Of a stretch of DNA of 64,000 bases, positions 55,601 to 64,000 are shown one piece after another; the stretch's first letter is position 1, and each line of letters starts with the position of its first letter. The notes under the pieces are model-generated. The model did not search any database. It saw only the letters and a list, made by a program, of their open reading frames with translations, and had not been told where the DNA came from. Made by a program: the position numbers and the translations under genes. The DNA is from Ruditapes philippinarum (lineage: Eukaryota), in contig NW_026860885.1 of NCBI RefSeq assembly GCF_026571515.1, positions 1-64,000 on the forward strand. Reading direction: 5' to 3'.

Positions 55601-58600
55601 TATTGAAACACAAATGGTCATTTTCATGACTTTGTAGAACTAAGCATTGCGAAAAGCACATAATCCAGGTCCCTGCTACCAAATTCAAGGTCACATAGAG
55701 TGGTCAAAGTTTGTGTACGGGGACTATTTAGTCATCATTTTTTGATGGATTGTATCACACATTATAACTATCATGACTACAAATGTGACAATTGTCAATT
55801 AGGGTTAATATTTGCAAGGTCAATGTCACTAGAGATGATAAAATATCCAGATATTGTCCGGACATTGCCCAGAGCATATCTCCTATATGCATATCTATCA
55901 TTCCCACATCTCTGACAAAAGCTTTTGTGACGGGTGAATTTTGAGATAATGTTGCCCTTCTTTTAATAATGTAAGACAAATGCGGAGAACAGGTGGTTTT
56001 ACACCTATTACCCGTTGCTACAGTATGATAATAAAAGGACATTCATAATATTGAAAATGATAAAACAATTACTTACAAATCCTGTCTAATGTTTTTCATA
56101 ACATTAACTTGACTGCCTTGACTGAATAAGCTAAAAATAAATGATTGCACCAATGACGTTTTTGTCTTAAATGACTGTAACTGCCTTTAGATATAACAGT
56201 AAAGTTTACACTGTGACAAAACTGCAGTTTTCCAAAACAAAAAACAAAGCGATTATTATTCTTGAGAATAGTAACGAATCATCGATCGTCTCAAGCTTAG
56301 TATTGTCCAATATTTCAGAGACAGGGTTTCTAATATATCGAGTGATTAAAGATTACAACTCTTCTGTGTATAATGATAACAAATACAAAGTTGCTAAGGA
56401 TATACACATCAGTAAATGGAGTACTCTATTTTTGACTGGATTCCGACGATTTCCAGAAATATGTACAGGTGAGTGAAGGAGATTTTAATAAACTTATTGG
56501 TGAATAAATTATCTGCAGTAATCAATGATACTATGTAAGAATAACATATATTTTTAATGCGCAATCATTTCTTGCATTTATTCAAATAGTCTAAAACTCC
56601 TGCATCAATAACAATTTCAGCTTCGAACGAAATGTCCAGCTGCACATATGTCACAAAAGGCTTTAAAAGAAAATATCGATTCTTTTAACTTGAAAACCAA
56701 TGTTATTATATAGATGACCTGGTTAGAATTTCCTCTCCTCTTTTCTGTATGTTTTATACGGTGTTCCGTTTGGAAAATCGTGATTATTCATTTCGTCTGT
56801 ACGATGGTACGATGGTGAAAACGCGATGGAACGATGGTGAAAACACCATGGTACGATTGTGAAATCGCGATGGCGCGATAGCACGATGGTAAAAACTAGA
56901 TATTACATCGCGTTTTCACCACCGTACCATGTTACATCGCGTTTTCACCATCGTACCATCGCGATTTCACTATCGCACCATCGCGTTTTCACTATCGTAC
57001 CATCGCGCCTTCGTGTTTTCATCATTGTACCATAGCAATTTTACAATCGTACCATCGCGTTTTCACCATCTGACTTTCGCGTTTTCACCATCGTGCAATC
57101 GCGATTTCACGATCGTGTCATCACGCTTTGACTATCGTACCATCGCGCTTTCACCATCGTACCATCGCACTTTCATTATCGTGCCATCGTGCTTTCATCA
57201 TCGTACCATCGCATTTTCACCATCGTACCATCGCGTTTTAACCATCTTACCATCGGGTTTTCATCATCGTGCCATCGCGATTTCACCATCATGTCATCGC
57301 GCTTCCACCATCGTACCATTGCGCTTTCACCATCGTAACATCGCGTTTTCACTATCATGTCATCGTGCTTTCACCATCATACCATCGCGTTTTAACCATC
57401 GTACCATCGGGTTTTCACCATCGTGTCATCGCGTTTTCACCATCGTGCCATGCGCAAATTTAAAACCGCGTGAACTTTTTAATGTCATTTGCGCAATATT
57501 TCATAACAGCTAATGTAAATTATTTCACAGTATTTGTGTCGTATAACATCTCATTTTCGTCGTGTTTGATTCTAAAATATTATCATTTCTGTAACAACTT
57601 TATCAAACATTGTTATGCTACTATAATGATGTTATCATTACTTATGCTTTTGTGCTATATATATTTATAATGATTCACTTACGTTTTAGAGGCTTCATAC
57701 GTTCCATGTGCTGGAAAGTACAGATGTTTGTCTAGTAAGCAATGTATACCACTTCAACAAGTCTGTGATGGTGTCATCCATTGCAGAAATGGGGACGACG
57801 AACGTCTTTGTAAGACTGTGTGCCCTCCGAAATGCAATTGTATCGGCTATGTAATCAATTGTAGGGCGGCCAACATATCTATGGCTGATATTTCATCATT
57901 GACAACACAGGCTATGAGTGCTGATTTAAGTAAAAATCTGGAAATAAAAGAAATACGCAAAGATCAGTTAAACTTTCCCTATATGTTACGACTTAATATT
58001 TCGTCGTGTGACATTGATAATATGCATAGAAAGGCTTTCTATCATTTGCACAATTTAATATCATTAGATCTTAGCAACAATAGAATACAACGGTTACGTC
58101 ATATGATATTTAGTAATCTTCGTAATCTAACACACTTGAATCTTGATAGGAACACGGAATTGACTCGCATTTCATCGACTGCTTTTAAAAATTTAGAATC
58201 AGTAAGAAGTTTAAAAATTTCAGGCACAAAGCTAAAAAAGATTATCTCACTAACGTTCTCTGGCTTACAGTTGGACAGTTTAGATATTTCCCACAACAAA
58301 ATTGAAGATATTGAAGATTATGCCTTCAACAATTCTATTGTTGGTAAGATAAATTTTGAAGGCAACAATGTGATAAAATTCGGAAAGTTTATGTTCAACG
58401 GCGTTTTATCACTTCGTGAGCTTCGTACACCTGCATTTAAATTCTGTTGTATCCGTCCTTGTTATTTGCCTGAAAAAGATTGCAAACCATTGAAGAATGA
58501 ATTTTCCTCGTGTGAAGATCTGATGAGAAATTCTGTCCTCCAAGCAGTTCTCTGGCTAGTTGGTGTATCTTCTTTGTGTGGAAACATATCGTCAATCATC

Positions 58601-61600
58601 TACCGTCTTGTCTACGATCGTGAAAGGCTTAAGATTGGTTATGGCATATTTGTAACTAATCTTGCAGTTGCAGATTTTCTGATGGGGGTATACCTGATCA
58701 TGATAGCTGTTGCTGATTCACTTTATAGAAACAGGTACAGATTTGTAACTGCTTCACTACACCGACACAGACTTTTATTATGTTTAACTGATTCATTCTA
58801 CAGAAATACGTATACTGGTTTATTTCTTCATAAGCAGGTATAGATTAATAACTGACTCATTCTAAAAAACAGGGCTGTACTGATTTTAATCTAATTCACA
58901 CTATTGAATCAGGTACTGATTTATAACATATTAATTTACTCTATAGAAACAGGAAGTGATTTGTAAATTATTCATGCATAAACGGTGTCTTTTGACAGTA
59001 GTCTTAGACTACTTAAACAAATTGCGATCTTCACTCTCCTAAACATTGTACTAAATTTCAACCTTTTCATTCAACTGTCATTTTTACATTAAAGCCCTTT
59101 ATATTTTTCAAAATGCCAATTCTTGTTTTTCAGAAACACTAGTTATAAAAACTATTCATATACATTTTTTTATCAAAAATAAACTAACACCAACAAAAAA
59201 TATTAAATAAAACTGCTTTAACAGTCTGTGATATCATTTGTGATATCATTATTGTAACTATTACATAGGTATTATTATTTCATAAATGCTGATTTGCACT
59301 TTTCAAACTGAATGTTTCTATATGTCTGCTTTACCAAACATACTTTTTTAAAACTGACCATTTGCTACATTAGATTATATACAGATAAAAATAATACTTG
59401 TCTTTTTAATTTTCTTCAATTTTTATCGTTTTAAATAGAGGGTTGTGTTAAAGAATGTCCTATGACTAAAACATAATCGTGTGGTGTTAATAACTAACAA
59501 TAAGCTTTGCTTCTGTATGGAAATATTGGATTAAAATAAGCTGAAATCGATTTTATTAACTCTAAGAGAAGTGATAATAATGTATCTCAAATACAAATAT
59601 CTCTTATTTTTCATTGGTCATTATTTTTGTACCATTTATTTTCAGATATATTTTTATGGATGATCAATGGAGAAACAGTAAATGGTGTGTCACAGCCGGG
59701 GTTTTGTCGACACTTTCGTCTGAAGCAAGCGTTTTCTTTCTTTGCTTGATCACATTAGACCGACTCTTAGTAATCAAGTTTCCCTTCGGCAGAGTCAGGT
59801 TTGGACCTATGAAGGCGTATATCTGTAGCGGAATGTGCTGGCTTATTTCCATAACCTTATCGATCATTCCAGTTCTGTACACTAGTCATTTTCAAAACAA
59901 ATTCTACTCTAAAACAGGAGTTTGTATTGCATTGCCTTTAACACGAGATAAACCTCCAGGATGGGTATATTCTGTGTCAATCTTTGTTGGACTTAATTTC
60001 TGCACTTTTATTCTTGTTGCCATAGGACAAGTTTCAATATTTACAGAACTTCGACGATCCACATCAGTTATGAAGAAGACAGAGAAGTCCAGAAAACGTG
60101 ATTTAAGAGTTGCTAGAAATCTTATTCTCGTTGCAACAACTGACTTCCTATGTTGGTTTCCAATAGGTGTGATGGGTAAGGTCTCGTACAAATCTTAGAT
60201 TGACATTAATTTTTCTTGTAAGTTTTGCATCACGATAAATCGAATGAATTTCCATTACCCAAATCTAGCCTCAACAAGATTTATGTAGGACATATTATGC
60301 AAAAATATATTATTAAGAGCATTTGTGTCTGTTCTACTTTTTTGGTAGAAAACAAATCTTTTGAATCATTTTAACTCCTTTTTTTCCAAACATATAATTT
60401 TATATTCATAAATCTAATATACATGTCCCATTAAAAATAAATACAACAATATCAACATTACTCTCATCTCTCTTTCAGGTATTTTAGCATTGAATGGATT
60501 TTCGATTTCAAGTGATGTTTATGCATGGTCAGCCGTTTTCATATTACCTATTAACTCTGCCCTCAACCCGTTTTTATATACAGTGACAGCAATAATCGGG
60601 AAGAAGGTATAAAATCATATGAAAGCTGATTATCTTAAATACATAAAGAGCACATTAAATACATTTTAGTGCCGTTACCAAGATTTTTTTTGTAGTTACG
60701 TTATAATCTATTTGCAATCCGTTTATGTTTTTCCTTGTTTCATTTTAGAGTTTTAATCCAAGTCTCGATGAGCAGAGTAGAACGTTGGTGCAGAAAGGTA
60801 AACAACTCTTACAAGCTCCAGTTAGATTATTCTTATTTTAACAAAATATTACGTTATATTTAATTAAAGCAACTATTTTTTGCATCACTCTCTAAATAGC
60901 ATTTAAGGGATTGTCTGTCCGTTAGTAAATCGCGGTGTTAAATGTTTGTTTGAAATAGGTTTATTTTTTCTACGTGTAATTATTGATCATGTGTATAATG
61001 AAGTTAAATAAAAAATATTAAATATTTCAAGTGTATCATACTGTAGGCGGTTAGAAATTATTTTAATACCAATACATTCTATTTTATAACCAAATATAAT
61101 CTTATTCCGTTAAAAAGCATACAAAAATTTGCATTCAACATGCTGCGTGTGATTCAACTTTCAAAAGGAGTGACGTTTTGCACTTTAACGAAACCATGGT
61201 GCCTGTACAGGTTTCGAAATATCAATTGTTAATCCTTTTAATGACATCGATCTTATATTTTTACATTCATAACTGTTATGTTAATATGAATCCTTTCAAA
61301 TTGTTTGCAATCATGATAGCCAGTCAAATATAATGCGCTAGCTTTTAGACGCTAAAATTATAAAAGTAATTTGATTTCTGTCATAAACCAGTAACATTTC
61401 TGTACAGTTTAATATTACTTGTCCCTTTTCTGTAGAAATTGGCTCCGCCATTCTAGAATACCAGACATTCAGCAGATCTGTGCGGATGAAACGAGAACTT
61501 GTACCAAAAGGAATGACTCGCAGTATTCAAGAAATACTTTATGACGACAGCTGTTTGTCTCTCAACTTTGTTACAACCATTTCCAAACAACTTGTCGATT

Positions 61601-62155
61601 ATCTGCGTCTATTACACGAGTCTTTTATTGCAATAGACAAGATATGTGAGACAAACATTTACATTAAATATGATAAAACAAAGGTATTTATCTTACATTA
61701 TCTTATACATTAATATAACACTTACAAAAGATATATAAATTTAGCTAAGTCAATTTCGTCAATTAGATGTTATAGACATATTGTGTAGTTTCAAGAATAA
61801 TTACTCCTATCCGTTTTTTAAATACTTGTCAACGATATAAAATGTTCAGTAATTAAACAAAAACATATAATATTCAAAGCGTTTCATTTGTTTTTATATT
61901 ATAAATGTGACATATTTGGTATTTTAAGATGTCGTACACATCGTAGGGATTTCCTAAGTTTCTTACGCAAAACACTTTCACGATATTTTAATTAGTAAAT
62001 TTGACTACTTTTTTATATAGATGAACAAACCAATTGTTGTAATCGATGCAAAAGTCTCGTTAACTGCCGACGAAAAAGCACATCAGGAAAATATCCGCCA
62101 ATATGGAAACCTTCTTCGAAAACTTATTCTAAAATGTAAAAATGGCGTGAAGTAG
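25663..62155 (+). CDS. GRL101-like (LDLa-LRR, type C LGR) rhodopsin-class GPCR with a giant mosaic ectodomain; ~38 exons, ~2,300 aa; possibly partly pseudogenised
   Basis: Hand-traced exons: 25663-25770, 26791-27120, 27436-27519, 27952-28070, 28386-28464, 28765-28797, 29218-29262, 29499-29581, 29990-30093, 31547-31638, 34230-34378, 35107-35235, 35799-35961, ~36497-36755, 38283-38482, 39014-39188, 40191-40403, 40901-41125, 41443-41664, 43053-43131, 44092-44248, 44704-44955, 45261-45425, 45987-46160, 46548-46652, 48440-48556, 48955-49134, 49905-50050, 52624-52748, 53396-53559, 54184-54327, 54948-55064, 57690-58734, 59646-60175, 60479-60606, 60749-60797, 61436-61683, 62021-62155 (TAG). Phases match except around 36497 and 43131-44248. 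The start exon is unresolved. Confidence 0.75.
26791..28464 (+). CDS. GPCR exons encoding an apextrin C-terminal (ApeC)-like domain
   Basis: [56 protein letters not shown]...YCLY match the ApeC WPxGxYxLP..GCP / WPxGxYC..CPxGF pattern. Confidence 0.75.
29218..31638 (+). CDS. GPCR exons encoding a divergent CUB-like domain
   Basis: [21 protein letters not shown]...MC...FFSFAF..SFKAYI; in-phase exons. Confidence 0.45.
30728..30968. mobile_element. 241-bp MITE (almost fully palindromic), intronic
   Basis: AATGAGCCGCGTCACGACAAAACCAATATAGTG... and ...CACTATGTTGGTTTTGTCGTGATGCGGCTCATT. Internal CAGACTGCGC..GCGCAGTCTG repeats. Confidence 0.9.
31903..32292. other. Assembly gap (N run)
   Basis: 390 Ns. 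Confidence 1.
32390..33690 (-). mobile_element. 5'-truncated LINE (L2/Crack/Daphne-like CR1 group), intronic, antisense to the GPCR
   Basis: [42 protein letters not shown] and KLWNDLP motifs. 3' UTR GGATCACAATGGAAATAAA. Confidence 0.9.
34230..35961 (+). CDS. GPCR exons encoding an F5/8 type C (discoidin) domain
   Basis: [13 protein letters not shown]....QTPWILVDL..IEGV..TFSLHYG...[12 protein letters not shown]...CLFFQMFGC. Confidence 0.85.
36497..36755 (+). CDS. GPCR exon encoding a PAN/Apple-like domain
   Basis: [30 protein letters not shown] (C-x3-C-x5-C...C). Confidence 0.7.
37075..37263. repeat. TTTCACCATCGT repeat remnant ending in GGCGCCATCGTA (possible IS3EU-like RTA terminus)
   Basis: Four (C)ACCATC(G)T motifs. 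The same AAGGCGCCATCGTAAAA motif occurs at 28869-28886. Confidence 0.45.
38283..41125 (+). CDS. GPCR exons encoding two CUB-like domains
   Basis: [33 protein letters not shown], then [45 protein letters not shown]. Confidence 0.75.
41443..44248 (+). CDS. GPCR exons encoding a C-type lectin domain (apparent lesions)
   Basis: [36 protein letters not shown]...GQP / DC..W.TEDC...FFVCEK. Exon 44092-44248 is 157 bp (+1 frameshift near 44125-44131). Confidence 0.75.
44704..44955 (+). CDS. GPCR exon encoding a kringle domain
   Basis: C...SGRSCQNW...NVCEN...SWCYV...EPC. Confidence 0.8.
45261..57810 (+). CDS. GPCR exons encoding ~8 LDL-receptor class A repeats (one atypical GRL101-type) interrupted by an unassigned Cys-containing segment
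   Basis: CD..DCxDxSDE motifs in exons at 45261, 45987, 46548, 48440, 48955, 54948 and 57690. The GRL101-type CIY..D....[11 protein letters not shown] variant is at 54184. Exons 49905, 52624 and 53396 are unassigned. Confidence 0.85.
46665..47890. repeat. 37-bp minisatellite (~30 degenerate copies), intronic
   Basis: Unit TTGACCGATCTTTAATAGATATTCAGTTTCCTCCATG; for example GACCG at 47076 and 47113. Confidence 0.95.
50636..51881. repeat. 284-bp tandem repeat, ~4.5 near-identical copies, intronic
   Basis: Unit starts at 50636, 50920, 51204, 51438 and 51723. The third copy has a 50-bp deletion. Confidence 0.97.
55225..55962 (+). mobile_element. HINE/pearl-like element with core repeats, intronic
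   Basis: 5' ACCCG..AAAACGGGT hairpin, GGCGGGCGGG block, repeated AAGGTCAAGGTCAC cores, 3' GACGGGT..CCCTTCTT. Confidence 0.75.
56800..57452. repeat. Foldback array of ~21-bp (TTTCACCATCGTACCATCGCG)n with an inverted 5' block
   Basis: 56800-56895 carries ACGATGGTGAAAACGCGATGG (the inverse orientation); 56905-57450 carries ~25 forward units. Confidence 0.9.
57810..60606 (+). CDS. GPCR LRR-NT, LRRs, hinge and 7TM
   Basis: CPPKCNC; LxxLDLSNNxI repeats; FCC..C...EFSSCEDLM hinge; TM2 [13 protein letters not shown]; TM3 SEAS..ITLDRL; TM6 TDFLCWFP; TM7 [12 protein letters not shown]. Confidence 0.95.
58711..58965 (+). repeat. Degenerate ~38-bp tandem copies of the exon/intron boundary of the large GPCR exon
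   Basis: CTGATTCAC/T..TAGAAACAGGTAC.GATTT.TAA-like units recur about 6 times after the donor at 58735. Confidence 0.65.
61436..62155 (+). CDS. Last two GPCR exons: C-tail resembling a degenerate protein-kinase C-lobe
   Basis: ELVPKG..SIQEIL...[37 protein letters not shown]...IVVID...[13 protein letters not shown], then TAG. Confidence 0.55.
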
Positions 62156-64000
62156 TAGGAAAAAAAAGAAAGAACAGCTAAACAAATCAAAATTGCAATC
62201 TGTTTATACTATAGACTACATGTATGTGAAAATGAATGACAGATCGTGTAATCTTTACCGTTTAGGTACTTCCTCCTGAATCAAAAATGATGTTTGGTTT
62301 TTATAACTTTTATAACTTTATGTCGATTCTTGGGTAAGTGTATATTGTTAGTGAACTATTGAAAATCGAGTAAGTTTGCATTTTGCCAAAATTCCTTTCA
62401 CCTTTGCAATGAATGAAAAAAAGCTGACATGGAAATTACATCACTATAACAATATTTATTGGTATCTACCTTTAACGTTCAATTTATAGAAATACGAGGG
62501 ACATTTTATACTTTATGCAGCTTTATAACTCTATTATATCCTTATAATATTTTCAATTATCAACAGTTGGTCTCAATTTTTAAATATATTGTCAAACCAG
62601 CAAAATATATAAAAAAAAACAAGATCAACAAGGAAGAGTGGCGTTCATTGAACGTATCACTTAACAATGAAAAGAAATGAGCATAATGTCACTTCAAACG
62701 AGACTTGCGAAGGTGTGATACACAAAGCATAAGAAACAAAATCAATGTCTTTAAGTTTACAGCGTTAAGTATTAATAAACTAGTACTATAAATTATATGC
62801 AAAATCGTAGTACAAATATGAAGCTTGTCCCTTTTAACGTGTTATTTTTTACTTTATGATTAATTTTGAAATTAAAGTGACACTTTTATCGTTTAACTGT
62901 AATTGCCTTAAACATCTTTATACATATATGTCCAAGACCATATTTCATATAGGACCAAGTCCATACTATTTCATGTTGTTGTTTTTGTTGTTGTTGTTTT
63001 TGTATTATTGTTGGTGTTGGTGTTGTTGTTATTCTTTAATTCATTTATTTATTAAAAAGCGTGTTCCACTATTTTTGGACATTCATTTGCCAATTATACT
63101 GGACAGGTGTATTTACTTATTGAACATGTATCACAACTAAGGAAGAAACAGTGATGTTGAACTAAACATGTGTTACATGCCCGCTTTTATAAAAATTGCC
63201 ATTAAGTATCTTCACGTTGTCCATTTTGTTGTTATTTTTTAGTGTTTTTATTAAAAGTTGTGACCAACATTCTTTAAATGATTGATTATGATATTTTTTT
63301 AAACTAATTCTGTATATTAAATGTTGTCATAAATGTGTCAATGTTGTTTACATAGATTCTAATATTTCAAACATATTTGTCTTTAATCGTGTCAAATTGT
63401 GTTAGCACAGTTATTTGCAAAATTTTTCATTACTATTTTGTGAGGAGAGCGGTGACCTGGTGTTAAAGCAGCATGCCTCCAGAATATCATGCTAATATTC
63501 ATATAAAAAGGTTGAAAAGTATTTAAAATTAAAATGTTGTGAAGTAACCAAAAGGAAGCGATTTACACATTACAAACAGCACTCACGACCCATTTAAATT
63601 ACCAAAATGTAGTCAAAATATTCAAAAATAGCTTTCACTGCGTTAGTAACATGTAAATTATTACTTAAATCTTGATTTTTTCCCCTTTTCATAAAATCCA
63701 AGTACATTATTCTCAGGTTTAATTTTATTGAACTATTTTGGCTCATCAGGAGGCATGCATGCAGCTTTCAAGGTTTTGCGTTCGGAACCATGGGTTTTAG
63801 CCATACTCGTGTCATAATTAACCATGTTTCCTCATATACTGGTTTCCTCATATACAGAACTGGTAACTTTCAAAAAGTGGACCCAAATATGCTTCAAATA
63901 AGATTAAAGTTTTCATCATCATTGAGCTAAAAAATGTGTTAAATTGAATATTTACTGAAATTTTGTCACAAATGTATTTTGTGTACTGAGCTATAACTAA

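Noticed and set aside
56929-57513. 194-aa His/Arg/Ser-rich ORF and overlapping ORFs
   Set aside because: Translation of a 21-bp tandem repeat inside a GPCR intron; no domain signal.
59664-60191. Antisense ORFs over GPCR exons (also 58099-58299, 4087-4299, 10450-10882)
   Set aside because: Shadow ORFs opposite genuine coding sequence.
63443-63483. tRNA gene or tRNA-derived SINE head
   Set aside because: Only an A-box-like 5' fragment; no B box or cloverleaf.

Overview
This is AT-rich, intron-containing animal genomic DNA; the repeat and gene content suggest a mollusc, probably a bivalve (inference). It has three parts. (1) 2482-15589 is a 13.1-kb IS3EU-type DNA transposon with TAC...GTA termini, ~33-bp TIRs and a 6-bp CAAATG target-site duplication. 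It holds two decayed, convergent, spliced genes (a DDE transposase on + and an unknown partner protein on -) plus several nested hairpin elements. (2) ~15.6-24.6 kb is transposon debris: HINE/pearl-like elements, a deleted LINE, and a second TAT...ATA element carrying a Naiad-type Penelope-like RT fragment with a SECIS-like hairpin. (3) ~25-62.2 kb is a multi-exon + strand gene (~38 exons traced by hand, ~2,300 aa) for a GRL101-like LDLa-LRR rhodopsin-class GPCR. Its ectodomain is an unusual mosaic (ApeC, CUB-like, F5/8C, PAN, 2xCUB, C-type lectin, kringle, LDLa repeats, LRR) and its C-tail resembles a truncated pseudokinase C-lobe. Most junctions join in phase, but the candidate first exon, the PAN exon and the C-type lectin region show apparent lesions. 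There is an assembly gap at 31903-32292. All family and domain calls come from motif recognition by eye, not from searches.
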